62,456 nucleotides of DNA, filler included, from Actinomycetota bacterium (GCA_025963875.1; 9 parts of 9 records of this genome joined end to end with filler, not necessarily neighbours in it), one strand, 5' to 3'; positions 31,278 through 40,852 are shown, counted from the whole stretch's first letter. A program made the numbers and translations. The notes: generated from the sequence alone by a model not told the origin.

Positions 31278-32000
31278 CTACCGGGTGGGGCCGAAGCGTT
31301 CGACGCGGATCCTGTTCGTAGCGATAGTCGCATCGGTGAGCAGCCCGGTCGCGGCGTCGGCGAAGCCGGGCGTCCCGCACACGTACGCGGTCGCATCGGG
31401 GGTGATGGGGGCCGGCAGGTCGCCCCCGTTGAGCCGGCCGACGGGCCGCGGCCACGACGGGGGAGCCGCCCGCGTGTAGACGATCGTTGTTTCGGGACCA
31501 GGGAGCTCACCCGCGTAGTAGAGGTCGCCAGGGCTCCGGGCCGAGACGACGAGTCGCACCAGGTCCGATCGGCCCGTCCGGCGGGCCAGCCGGAGCATGG
31601 CCATGAGCGGCACGACCCCGGACCCGCCGCCGACGAGGAGGGCCGGGGTGTCACCCCGCCAGACGAACCAGCCCCCGATTGGCCCCCGCACCTCGAGGGT
31701 GTCGCCCGGCATGACCACCTCGTGCAGGAAGCTGGAGACCTCTCCGTCCGGGAGGAGCTCCACGGTCAGCTCGATCTCGGCAGACCCGTCGGGCGGGCTG
31801 GCGACCGAATAGGAGCGAGAAGCCGTGTACCCGTCGGGGGCGGTCAGGCGAACAATGTAGTGCTGCCCGGCGAGATGGATTGACGGGTGGGGAAGGGCCA
31901 GGCGGAAGGTCTTCGCGTGGGAGGTCTCGGCCCGGACGTCGACGACGGTGGCCATCTCCCACGGCCCCCGTCGGGGTGGCGGAGGGGGATGGTCAATCAC
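31278..32000 (-). CDS. Ferredoxin-NAD(P) reductase-like flavoprotein
   Basis: RSYS, GEVS, GGGSGVVP, YVCG and ERFG. Confidence 0.88.
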   Translation of the reverse strand: MIDHPPPPPRRGPWEMATVVDVRAETSHAKTFRLALPHPSIHLAGQHYIVRLTAPDGYTASRSYSVASPPDGSAEIELTVELLPDGEVSSFLHEVVMPGDTLEVRGPIGGWFVWRGDTPALLVGGGSGVVPLMAMLRLARRTGRSDLVRLVVSARSPGDLYYAGELPGPETTIVYTRAAPPSWPRPVGRLNGGDLPAPITPDATAYVCGTPGFADAATGLLTDATIATNRIRVERFGPTR

Positions 32001-32607
32001 CCTGGTAACGCTGCTCCAGCCACGGGTCGCCATGGTCGTGGTAGCCGTTGCGTTCCCAGAACCCGGGCTCGTTGTGGTCCTGGAGCTCCATGCCTGAGAC
32101 CCATTTCGCGCTCTTCCAGAAGTACAGGTGCGGCACGATCATCCGGGCAGGGCCCCCGTGCTCGACCGGCAGGGGGCTCCCCTCGTAGTCCCAGACCACC
32201 CACGCCTTGCCGCCCGTCACGTCCTGCAGCGGGAGGTTCGTCGTGTAGCCCGTATAGCCCAGGGCGAGAACGTGGGTGGCGGTTGGCAGTGGGCGAGCCG
32301 CAGCGAGGAGCGTGTCGACCGACACGCCGCTGAATTTCACCCCGAGCTTGGACCACGTGGTGACGCAGTGGATGTCCCCCTCGAAGGTCGACTGGGCAAA
32401 GGCGTGGATCTCGTCCCAGCTCCAGGTGGTCGGTTGCTCGACGAGCCCTCGGATCTTGAACGTCCACGTCTCGGTGGACAGCTTGGGGGTCGCCTCGGCG
32501 GTCAGCACCGGCCACGCCGAGCCGACGTCGTACTGGCCGGGGGGGAGCCGGCTGTCACGAGTCGCTTGTCCCCGACCGCGGAAGCCCCTCGTGAATCTCT
32601 TCATCAC
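31993..32607 (-). CDS. Sulfite-oxidase-like molybdopterin oxidoreductase
   Basis: RLPPGQ, DIHCVTTWS, EHGGPAR, YFWKSAKW and GFWERNGYH. Confidence 0.9.
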   Translation of the reverse strand: MMKRFTRGFRGRGQATRDSRLPPGQYDVGSAWPVLTAEATPKLSTETWTFKIRGLVEQPTTWSWDEIHAFAQSTFEGDIHCVTTWSKLGVKFSGVSVDTLLAAARPLPTATHVLALGYTGYTTNLPLQDVTGGKAWVVWDYEGSPLPVEHGGPARMIVPHLYFWKSAKWVSGMELQDHNEPGFWERNGYHDHGDPWLEQRYQGD

Positions 32608-32694
32608 CTTTCCTTTCGTGTCACTGTCGCATCGCCGCGAAGAGATAGCAAGACGAGCTTGGGCCGCAATCGCGCATATGCGAGCGAAAAACGA

Positions 32695-33504
32695 CTAACC
32701 TCGTGGCCCGGGGGGTGCCGCCGCGGGAACTGGCTTCTCGGCAGCCTTGCCGGCGAAGCGCCGGTCGACGATCCCCGGCAGAGCGGCCGACAGGAACACG
32801 GCGAGGCGGTACCTGCCGGGGACGATGAGCCGTCGGCGCGGCCGGCGCAACGCAGCCTCGACGGCATGGGCCACGATGTCGGGGCCGGGCATGCGACCGG
32901 CACGTCCCGCGGTGAGCGGGGTGTCGATGTAGCCGGGCTCGATCAGCGTCACCCCGATGCCGGAGCCTGCGAGCTCACGACGCACCGAGTCGGTCATGCC
33001 GCGCAGGCCGAACTTCGTCGCCGAGTACGTGCCGTTGATGCCGATCTCGCCGGCGACGGAGCCGATGTTCACGATGCTGCCGCTGCCATGGGCGATCATG
33101 ACCGGGACGACGGCACGCATCAGCCGGATCGGCGCAAGCAGGTTGACCGCCAGCATGTGCTCGACGTCGGCGTCGTCGGACATGATCGAGTGGCTGCGGC
33201 CGACGCCCGCGACGTTGACGAGCGCATCGATCCGGCCGCTCAGTGACATCGCCTCTGTTGTCAGCCGCTCGATGTCGTCCATGCGGGTGACGTCGGTTGC
33301 CACTGCGAGAGCCCTCCCGGCGCTGCGTTCGATCTCAGCGCTCAGCGATTCGAGCTCGCTGGCGCGGCGAGCGGCCAGGACGACCGTCATGCCCTGCGCC
33401 CCAAGCCGAAGGGCAGTCGCCCTGCCGATGCCGCTGGACGCCCCGGTCACGATCACGACGCGGCGATCGTCCGCCGGGCCGCCTTGCCTTGCTGTGCCGT
33501 CCAC
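32695..33504 (-). CDS. Short-chain dehydrogenase/reductase
   Basis: TGASSGIG, NVAG and YSATK. Confidence 0.9.
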   Translation of the reverse strand: MDGTARQGGPADDRRVVIVTGASSGIGRATALRLGAQGMTVVLAARRASELESLSAEIERSAGRALAVATDVTRMDDIERLTTEAMSLSGRIDALVNVAGVGRSHSIMSDDADVEHMLAVNLLAPIRLMRAVVPVMIAHGSGSIVNIGSVAGEIGINGTYSATKFGLRGMTDSVRRELAGSGIGVTLIEPGYIDTPLTAGRAGRMPGPDIVAHAVEAALRRPRRRLIVPGRYRLAVFLSAALPGIVDRRFAGKAAEKPVPAAAPPGPRG

Positions 33505-33532
33505 GTTGCCACCCTCCTTGGATGTCGCCGGC

Positions 33533-34030
33533 TCAGACGTGCAACGGACCTCGCGCCAGGCGGGTGCGATCGAAGTCGTCGTCCGACGCGCCCGGCCCGG
33601 GGACGGCGGTGACCGCACCGACGTCCAGCGGTTCGCCGCAGTGCGAGCACACCGGGACGGCCTTGACCACGCGCCCGCACGCGGTGTGCCTGATCTTCAG
33701 AGGCGGCCCGCTGGGCGCCGCCCATCGGTCGCCCCACTGGCGCATGGCGGTCACGACGTGCCACAGATCGCGCCCCTTCTCCGTGAGCCGGTACTCCGAG
33801 CGGGGCGGATGTTCCTGGTAGGGCACTCGCTTGAGTACGCCCTTGTCGACCAAGCGGTTCAGCCGCTGGGTGAGGATGTTGCGCGAGATCCCGAGGCGGG
33901 CCTGCAGGTCTTCGAAACGGGTCACGCCCAGGAAGGCGTCCCGGACGATGAGAAGGCTCCACCATTCCCCGACGATCTCGAGGCACTGGGCGACCGAGCA
34001 GTTCACGTCCTCGAAGCTGGTTCGCTGCAT
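33533..34030 (-). CDS. HxlR-family transcriptional regulator
   Basis: CSVAQCLEIVGEWWSLLIVR...EYRLTEKGRDL. Divergent from an SDR gene. Confidence 0.92.
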   Translation of the reverse strand: MQRTSFEDVNCSVAQCLEIVGEWWSLLIVRDAFLGVTRFEDLQARLGISRNILTQRLNRLVDKGVLKRVPYQEHPPRSEYRLTEKGRDLWHVVTAMRQWGDRWAAPSGPPLKIRHTACGRVVKAVPVCSHCGEPLDVGAVTAVPGPGASDDDFDRTRLARGPLHV

Positions 34031-34136
34031 GGATCCAGCATATAGGGTTGCGTAATGGAACGCACTTCACTAGACTCAGTTCCATGAAAGAACTTCCGAG
34101 GCCACGGCGTCGGCCCCCAATCTGAGGAGGATCGCC

Positions 34137-34862
34137 ATGGACATTGAGGGATCGGTCGCGCTCGTCACGGGCGCCAATCGAGGGCTGGGAAGCGTGTTCG
34201 CCCGGCTGCTCGTCGAACGAGGGGCAGCCAAGGTCTACGCCGCTGCCCGCAACACCGACACCTTGACGCTCGACGGGGTGATCCCGGTGCACCTCGACAT
34301 CACCTCCGCAGCCGACATCGCCGCCGCGGCGCAACGGTGCGACGACGTGACGCTGCTCATCAACAATGCCGGCATCACCACCCGCACCTCCGCGCTCGCC
34401 GGCGACGCGGATGAGGCCGGCCACCGGGAGATGGAGACCAACTTCTTCGGCACCCTCGCGATGAGTCGGGCGTTCGCTCCGATCCTGGCCGGCAACGGCG
34501 GCGGGGCCCTGGTCAACATCCTGTCCGTGGTCTCCTGGGTGGCACGGCCGGCCAACGCCATGTACTCCGCGTCGAAGGCAGCATCCTGGTCGCTCACCAA
34601 CGCCTTGCGAGTCGAGCTTGCACCGCGGGGAACGCTGGTGGTGGGCGTGCACCCCGGGCCCATCGACACCGACTCGGCCGCCTTCCTCGACGGCCCCAAA
34701 ATCGCACCAGCAGACGTCGCGACCCAGACGCTCGACGCCGTCCAGCACGGCCGCTACGAGGTGCTCACCGATGACACCAGCCGGCGGGTCAAAGCCGCCC
34801 TGGCAGGCGACGTCACCGAGCTCTACCCGAGCTTGATCCGAGCCGGAGCCCCGGCGCGATGA
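34137..34862 (+). CDS. Short-chain dehydrogenase/reductase
   Basis: TGANRGLG, NNAG and YSASK. Confidence 0.92.
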   Translation: MDIEGSVALVTGANRGLGSVFARLLVERGAAKVYAAARNTDTLTLDGVIPVHLDITSAADIAAAAQRCDDVTLLINNAGITTRTSALAGDADEAGHREMETNFFGTLAMSRAFAPILAGNGGGALVNILSVVSWVARPANAMYSASKAASWSLTNALRVELAPRGTLVVGVHPGPIDTDSAAFLDGPKIAPADVATQTLDAVQHGRYEVLTDDTSRRVKAALAGDVTELYPSLIRAGAPAR

Positions 34863-34964
34863 CNNNNNNNNNNNNNNNNNNNNNNNNNNNNNNNNNNNNN
34901 NNNNNNNTTAATTAATTAANNNNNNNNNNNNNNNNNNNNNNNNNNNNNNNNNNNNNNNNNNNNG

Positions 34965-35444
34965 GGCCACCTGTTCGCCGCCCTCGTCCTCGTGGCCGCC
35001 GCCTACGGGGCGGTTGCCATGGCATCGGCCCACCTGGACGCCGCCGTCCTCGAGGGCGTCCGCGGGATCCCCGAGGCCCGGTTCGTCATCACGGGCGGGG
35101 TCCTCACCCGGACCCTGTCGCGCTACTACTCGTACACGTCGTTCACGATCGTGGTCCTGGGGGCGCTCTGGTCCGCGCTCCGGCTGTCCCGGCAGCGCTC
35201 CGCTCCCAACGCCGCCCATCTGCGCCGGCTCGCCACCGGCAATCTCCTCATCGCGGCCGGCACGTTCGTCGTCGCGGCGGCCAGCATCGCGGTGCGCCTG
35301 GGGCGGGGCTCGGAGGTGGCCATGCTGTTCTCGGTCGGCCTGCTGGCCGGGATCGGCCTGATGTTCTCCGGATTCCTCCGCACCAGGCCGAAGCCGGTCC
35401 TCGCGGCCGCCGGGGGAGCGGCCCCAGCCCCCAACCGGGCATGA
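34965..35444 (+). CDS. Hypothetical membrane protein, 5' truncated
   Basis: Several TM segments; open frame from the contig start. Confidence 0.6.
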   Translation, partial: GHLFAALVLVAAAYGAVAMASAHLDAAVLEGVRGIPEARFVITGGVLTRTLSRYYSYTSFTIVVLGALWSALRLSRQRSAPNAAHLRRLATGNLLIAAGTFVVAAASIAVRLGRGSEVAMLFSVGLLAGIGLMFSGFLRTRPKPVLAAAGGAAPAPNRA

Positions 35445-35665
35445 GCGCCGTCTACCTCTACAGCCGCCCGGGGTGCCACCTCTGCGACAACGCCCGGGCC
35501 GTGCTGGAGGCGGCCGGCATCGCCTTCGAGGAGGTCGACATCACGGCGGACCCCGCCCTGGAGGCCGAGTACGGTGTCTTCATCCCGGTAGTGGAGCAGG
35601 GTGGCCGGCAGCTCTTCGAGGCGGGCATGGACCCAAACGAGCTGCCGGCGCTGCTGGAGCGCTGA
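35441..35665 (+). CDS. Glutaredoxin-like protein (DUF836)
   Basis: YSRPGCHLC, EVDI and IPVV. Confidence 0.85.
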   Translation: MSAVYLYSRPGCHLCDNARAVLEAAGIAFEEVDITADPALEAEYGVFIPVVEQGGRQLFEAGMDPNELPALLER

Positions 35666-35678
35666 TCGGGGGAACAAA

Positions 35679-35729
35679 GGACGTTTGGTGAAAATTTGTT
35701 CGCAGTGAACGAAAAAACACCAAACGTCC
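35679..35729. terminator. Long hairpin between convergent genes
   Basis: GGACGTTTGGTG and CACCAAACGTCC arms enclose an inner TTTGTTCGC/GTGAACGAA stem. Confidence 0.55.
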
Positions 35730-35764
35730 CGGCCCGACAGGCAACGACACCCAGCCGTCAGCCG

Positions 35765-36727
35765 TCAGACGGGCAGGCTCGCCCGCTCTGCCTTGCGGCG
35801 CCGCTCGTAGGAGCGGAGGCCCAGCATGTGGATCGTGAAGCCCAGGATGGAGGCGATGAGGTAGTACATCGCCGGCGTCCGGAGCTTGCCCCGAACCCGG
35901 ACCGCCACCACGGTGATCGGCGGCGGCTGGTCGGGTTGGCCCGAGAGGTCGACGGTCATCACGGGCCCTCCGGCACGCACCCGGTCACCGGAGCGGAGCG
36001 GCTCGGCGGCGACGATGCCGGCGTCGGTGGACTTCACGTTCACGTCGCCCCCCTTGGTGGTGACGCTCATGAAGTCCTGGCCCTTGTCCACCTTGTCGCC
36101 GATGTTCAGGAGGTACTTGTTGAGGGTCCCCTCGGTGACGCCGGCACCCAGATCGGCATTGACCGCCTTCGACGGGGCCGCCTTGGCGACGGCGATGAGC
36201 GAGTCCTTGCCCTGGACCTGCACGGGCTTGAGCTCGATGTTGTAGTTCGTGAACTGTCCGGTGGTGAGGCCGATGTCACCCTGGACGATCGGCTTGACGG
36301 CGTCCACCTGGCCCGGGATCACGCTGACCGCGTTGCCGACCGCCGAGTCGAGGACGGGTTTGGCCTGGGTGGCCTCGGTGTCGGTGTCGTCGGCGCCCTT
36401 GAGGTCGGCGAGATGCGCGCCGACCTTGGGTTTCTGCCACCCGTCACCGGGGTAGTCCGCCACGTTGTAGGTGGTGCCGAATGCCTTGGCCTCGGTGATG
36501 TTGGGACCGAGGGCGATCGCCTCCCACGCGGTGTCGGGACCGGTGGGCCCCAGGCCCGAGATGAACCAGATGAAGGACATGATGCCGAGGACGCCGAAGG
36601 CGACGCTACCCTCCACCCAGTAGGCGAGCTTGGAGCCGAGCACCATCGACATCAGCAGGTAGACCATGCCGAACAGCGCACCCATGACGCAGATGGTGGC
36701 CAGCACGCCCTTGGTGAACACGCTCAC
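35765..36727 (-). CDS. Membrane protein with a lipoyl/biotinyl-like domain
   Basis: Two N-terminal TMs and one C-terminal TM. Internal TEGTLNKYLLNIGDKVDKGQ...KSTDAGIV...GDRVRAGGPVMTV follows the lipoyl-domain pattern. Confidence 0.7.
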   Translation of the reverse strand: MSVFTKGVLATICVMGALFGMVYLLMSMVLGSKLAYWVEGSVAFGVLGIMSFIWFISGLGPTGPDTAWEAIALGPNITEAKAFGTTYNVADYPGDGWQKPKVGAHLADLKGADDTDTEATQAKPVLDSAVGNAVSVIPGQVDAVKPIVQGDIGLTTGQFTNYNIELKPVQVQGKDSLIAVAKAAPSKAVNADLGAGVTEGTLNKYLLNIGDKVDKGQDFMSVTTKGGDVNVKSTDAGIVAAEPLRSGDRVRAGGPVMTVDLSGQPDQPPPITVVAVRVRGKLRTPAMYYLIASILGFTIHMLGLRSYERRRKAERASLPV

Positions 36728-36742
36728 GCTTGTATCGGCCTC

Positions 36743-37369
36743 CTAGGAAGACGCCGCCGAAACCGGCCGCTGGATGGTCTGGAGCCAGTCGATGATGTCG
36801 TTGATCTGCTGGTCGGTGAGCGGACCGCCGTAGAGCTGGCCCCAGGTGGGCATGTCGTCGCCGTTGCCGAGGACGTTGTTGGTCCGGCCCCGCTCGATCG
36901 TGGCCATGATGTAGTCCCGGGGCGTCTTGTAGCCCATCTGCGGGTGCAGCACGTACTTGTTGAACACGACCGTCAGGTCGGGGGCGTGGCCCTGCACCTG
37001 GGTGTTGGTCTGCGAGTCCGTGTAGGGGACGTCGCCGCCGTGCGCGTCGTTCCCGTGGCAGCGCGCGCACCCGATGCCGCGGGTGTTCGTGGCGCCCGTC
37101 ACGGGGTTGGTGGGCAGGGCGAAGTACTGCTGGCCCCGCTCGATGGCGTCCTTGGAGAACTTCGTGGTCGTGTTCGTCATGCGGCTGGGTTCGGCGGTCC
37201 AGTAGAGAAAGATGAACAGGGCCAGCGCCAGGCTGAGGAGCAGGCCCCAGACGGAGATCCGGGTGAGGCGTGGCCCTTCGAGGAAGTCGTCGGTGTCGCC
37301 GGGACGGATGGCTGCCGGGACCTTCTCCGGCCTGCCGGCGGGGCGAACCGGTCCAGCGGTGTCTGCCAT
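36743..37369 (-). CDS. Membrane-anchored c-type cytochrome
   Basis: TM anchor, CARCHG heme motif, and MPTWG...GGPLTDQQI (axial Met). Confidence 0.9.
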   Translation of the reverse strand: MADTAGPVRPAGRPEKVPAAIRPGDTDDFLEGPRLTRISVWGLLLSLALALFIFLYWTAEPSRMTNTTTKFSKDAIERGQQYFALPTNPVTGATNTRGIGCARCHGNDAHGGDVPYTDSQTNTQVQGHAPDLTVVFNKYVLHPQMGYKTPRDYIMATIERGRTNNVLGNGDDMPTWGQLYGGPLTDQQINDIIDWLQTIQRPVSAASS

Positions 37370-37415
37370 ACCGACGCCTAACCCCCGATCACGATGAGAG
37401 AACCCTGGGGGACCG

Positions 37416-37638
37416 TCATGCGCCGGAGATGGTGACGCAGTGGACGCCCTCGGGGGCGGGCTGACCCGTGACGGTGCCCCGCGGGGGACCGGTGATGACC
37501 TGCGAAGTGTCGACGACGACCTTGCCCCCGACGATGTCGACCCGGAAGCGGTCGAGGCTGCGGGGTGCGGGGCCGCTGCGGTACTCGCCGTTGATCGAGT
37601 ACTTCGATCCGTGGCATGGGCACTCGAACCACTTTGCG
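37416..37638 (-). CDS. Rieske iron-sulfur protein (QcrA/PetC-like), 3' fragment
   Basis: Manual translation KWFECPCHGSKYSINGEYRSGPAPRSLDRF...HCVTISGA*. Confidence 0.9.
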
Positions 37639-37738
37639 NNNNNNNNNNNNNNNNNNNNNNNNNNNNNNNNNNNNNNNNNNNNTTAATTAATTAANNNNNN
37701 NNNNNNNNNNNNNNNNNNNNNNNNNNNNNNNNNNNNNN

Positions 37739-38719
37739 TGGCCCGACCGGACATCCCGGGTGGCCCGGCGTGTCCCCCCAGGTCCGCCTGCCGCCAAGCC
37801 CGAGCCGGCAGACCAACCTGAACCGGAGGCGCCCCCTGCTGCCTCGGATGTGAAGAAGCGCGCGGCGAGCAGCTTCGGGGGTCCGCCGAGCGCCGCCACG
37901 CCGCCGCCTGCTCCGGAGCCGGCACCAGCCCCGGAGGCCCCATCCGCCCCGGAAGCCGCGCCCGCGCCGGCGGCCCGTGTCCGCCCGAAGGCGGTCACGC
38001 CCACGCCTGCTCCCAAGCCTCCCGCACCGCTCGAGCCCAAGGTGGCCGCCCCGGCCAAGCCGGCGGCTTCGGAAACGGCGGCCCCGGCGCCGCTCAAAGC
38101 AGTGCCACCGAAGCCCGCTGCCAAGCCGCCCCTTCCGAAGCCGAAGGCGGTGCTCCCTCCCACCCCCGCTCCGAAGCCGAAGGCGGTGCTTCCTCCCCAG
38201 CCGGCTCCCGCACCCGCTCCGAAGCCAACCCTTCCGAAGCCGAAGGCGGTGCTCCCTCCCACCCCGCCACCGGCACCGGCTCCGAAGCCGGCCCTTCCGA
38301 AACCGGCCCTCCCGAAGCCGAAGGCGGTGCTTCCTCCCACGCCGGCACCGGCCCCGAAGGTCGTGGCCAAGGCAAAGCCGGCACCGCCGCTCAAGGCAAC
38401 GGCGGCCAGGCCGCCCGTCAAGCCCGCGCCGGTCCTCAAGCCTCCGGCCAAGCCAGCGGCGGCCGCCAAGCCCGTGGGGAGGATCGCTGCGAAGCCTCCG
38501 GTCAAGCCCCCCGCCGCGGCTGCGCCAAAGGCCCCGGCCAAGCCGGCAGCCAAGGTCACCCCCAAGGCCGCAGCAAGTCCGCCACCCAAGGCGAAGGCTG
38601 CGCCGGTGAAGCCGCCAGCCAAGGCGGCCGTCAACCCCCCCGCGAAGCGCAAGGCTGCCCCCTCGATCCCACCCAGAACGACCACCCAGTCGCCAAAGCC
38701 CAGGGGGCCGAAGAGGTAG
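37739..38719 (+). CDS. Pro/Ala/Lys-rich low-complexity protein, 5' truncated
   Basis: Open frame with four PKPKAVLPP repeats and a basic PAK-rich tail. Confidence 0.6.
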   Translation, partial: WPDRTSRVARRVPPGPPAAKPEPADQPEPEAPPAASDVKKRAASSFGGPPSAATPPPAPEPAPAPEAPSAPEAAPAPAARVRPKAVTPTPAPKPPAPLEPKVAAPAKPAASETAAPAPLKAVPPKPAAKPPLPKPKAVLPPTPAPKPKAVLPPQPAPAPAPKPTLPKPKAVLPPTPPPAPAPKPALPKPALPKPKAVLPPTPAPAPKVVAKAKPAPPLKATAARPPVKPAPVLKPPAKPAAAAKPVGRIAAKPPVKPPAAAAPKAPAKPAAKVTPKAAASPPPKAKAAPVKPPAKAAVNPPAKRKAAPSIPPRTTTQSPKPRGPKR

Positions 38720-38730
38720 GGCTTTTCGTA

Positions 38731-39822
38731 TTAGTCCGCGACCACCCTCCGGCCCTTCGGGCCGTACGTGTGGGGAGGGCGGCTCGCCTTCCGCATCGGG
38801 CTCGAGAGGAACAGCAGGAGTCCCGCGCTGGCTGAGACGCCGAACCCGGCGAGGATCTCGGCGCGGCGCAGCCACGTCCCGAGGGTGGGCAGCGGAGACG
38901 CCGGGGCAACCTGCCGCACCAGTCCGAACACAAGCAGGTAGAGGCCGAAGAGCAGGACCCAGGTGTAGGCACGCCGGTCCCCCCGCAGCAGGCGCGGCAG
39001 GGCGACCGCCGTTACCAGCACCAGGCCGGGCAGGACGGCGAGGGGCGCGATGCCGGCTCCCCCTTCAGCGCCGGACCGCAGGTCCAGCAGGACGCGTGCC
39101 GCCTCGACGGCCCCCGCGATCAGGGAGACCACGGTCACCCCGCGGGCGATCTTTGCCACGTACGGCTTGGCCTTTGGCTCCAGCCAGAGCAGTGCGACGA
39201 CGACGAGCGGCACGAACAGCAGCGGGATCTCCAGGTTGAGCGGGGCGGGAACCCAGGTCACGTGCCCCTGGATGGCGGCGGCTCGCCCGTCGAAGACTGC
39301 CGGGATCGAGAACCGGTAGACGGTCGCCGTCCTGCCGAGGCGCCTGGCCTCATCGGGCTGGCCGGTGTGGGGCCACTCGGCCCGGGTCTCGTAGTAGTGG
39401 TAGAGGGGCTGGTCGGCCACCTTCTGCCAGGTGGGCGTCTGGCTGACCGTGGCGGAGGTGGCCGGCTTCTTGGATGGGTCCCGCGTCAGGTACAGGCTGG
39501 GCGAGTCCTTGTTGACCGAGACGCCGTCCGGGGTGATCTGGATGAACGGCTCGCCCTGCAGGCCGCGGATCTCGAAGGTGTGGGGGCCCTGCAGGGACAC
39601 GGTGACGTAAGGGGCGCTGCCGGTCGACAGGATCGAGTAGTCGACGCCGGGGGCCGGCGGCGCGATGGCGTCGATGTGCGAGATCAGCTGGGGCCCGGTC
39701 GTGTGGGCCTGCGCGGGGAGCGCCCCTGCGCCGGTGAACACAGCGGCGATCGCCAGCGCGATGGCGCTTCGTCGAAGCAGGGCTCCAAGGTGCCGGTTAT
39801 ACACTGGCGCCCATGATGCCAC
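38731..39822 (-). CDS. Exported/membrane hypothetical protein (start uncertain)
   Basis: Signal peptide ending AQA-H, a soluble domain, then about 5 C-terminal TMs. Confidence 0.6.
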   Translation of the reverse strand: MASWAPVYNRHLGALLRRSAIALAIAAVFTGAGALPAQAHTTGPQLISHIDAIAPPAPGVDYSILSTGSAPYVTVSLQGPHTFEIRGLQGEPFIQITPDGVSVNKDSPSLYLTRDPSKKPATSATVSQTPTWQKVADQPLYHYYETRAEWPHTGQPDEARRLGRTATVYRFSIPAVFDGRAAAIQGHVTWVPAPLNLEIPLLFVPLVVVALLWLEPKAKPYVAKIARGVTVVSLIAGAVEAARVLLDLRSGAEGGAGIAPLAVLPGLVLVTAVALPRLLRGDRRAYTWVLLFGLYLLVFGLVRQVAPASPLPTLGTWLRRAEILAGFGVSASAGLLLFLSSPMRKASRPPHTYGPKGRRVVAD

Positions 39823-40262
39823 TCCGTTTTCATCGGTCCGCGCCCGTTCGCAGCTCGGTCACGTTCCTCTTCGTTGCCCTCGTGGCCATTGTGCTCGCAT
39901 TCCTCGGGGCCGCCTGCGGCAGCAGTACCGCGAAGCCGGTGGCCCAGCGTCCGTCGACCACGGCCACGGTGGAGATCGTGTCCCCAACCGGAGGGCAGAC
40001 GGTGACCGGGTCCACCCTGCACGTCGTCCTGAGGCTCACCGGCGGGACGATCGTTCCGACAAGCACGACGACGCCCCTCGGCTCGAACGAGGGTCACATC
40101 CACCTCATTGACAACGGCTCGGTTATCTCCATGGCCTTTGGCACCGAGCAGGACATCCCGATCACGCCCGGGAGCCACATTCTCCAAGCAGAGTTCGTCG
40201 CCAGCGACCACCTACCCTTCAGTCCCAGGGTGGTCGCCTCGGTCCACTTCACCGCGCAGTGA
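39813..40262 (+). CDS. Lipoprotein with GHIH motif (DUF4399-like)
   Basis: Lipobox GAAC, EGHIHL and PGSHILQAEFVASDH. Leaderless -10 TACACT at 39800. Confidence 0.7.
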   Translation: MMPLRFHRSAPVRSSVTFLFVALVAIVLAFLGAACGSSTAKPVAQRPSTTATVEIVSPTGGQTVTGSTLHVVLRLTGGTIVPTSTTTPLGSNEGHIHLIDNGSVISMAFGTEQDIPITPGSHILQAEFVASDHLPFSPRVVASVHFTAQ

Positions 40263-40852
40263 GGGTCAGCGCCGCCAACCCAGCTCGCATCGCGACGCCC
40301 CTCGCGGTCGGCCTTGGGCTCGTGGCGCTGGCGGCCAGGGTTCCGTCCACCTGGGCGGTGATGGTCACGGCGGCCGTCGGGATGGTGGGCCTACTCGCTC
40401 CGATCGATGCGCCAACCCCCGTTCGGCCCCCCCACCCTGCCTCGGTTGCCAATTGGCTGGGTGCGGTGGCACTGGGACTTGCCGCCATGCTGCTGGCAGC
40501 CCGCCTTCCCGGCCTGCTCGGACTGCGGCCACACGGAGCCGGGCGCATCGTCTCCAGGGTCGCCCCGGCCGCGGTCGCCGCCAGTGTGGTCGCCGCCGTG
40601 GCGGAGGAGATGTTCTTCCGCCGCCTGGTCTACGGGTGGCTCGCCGCTACCTGGGGGGCGGCCGTGGCCATCTGCGGCTCGGCGGTGGCGTTCGCCGCCA
40701 TTCATGTGCCCGTCTACGGCTTCGCCGTCCTTCCCATCGACACGGCAGCGGGGCTCCTGCTCGGCTGGCAGCGTTGGATGACCGGAGGGTGGTCGGCTTC
40801 GGGGCTGACCCACGTGGCGGCGAACCTGATCGCAGAAGGAGTGATCCCATGA
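40259..40852 (+). CDS. CPBP (CAAX/Abi) intramembrane metalloprotease
   Basis: AEEMFFRR, FAAIH and HVAAN motifs. Confidence 0.85.
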   Translation: MRVSAANPARIATPLAVGLGLVALAARVPSTWAVMVTAAVGMVGLLAPIDAPTPVRPPHPASVANWLGAVALGLAAMLLAARLPGLLGLRPHGAGRIVSRVAPAAVAASVVAAVAEEMFFRRLVYGWLAATWGAAVAICGSAVAFAAIHVPVYGFAVLPIDTAAGLLLGWQRWMTGGWSASGLTHVAANLIAEGVIP

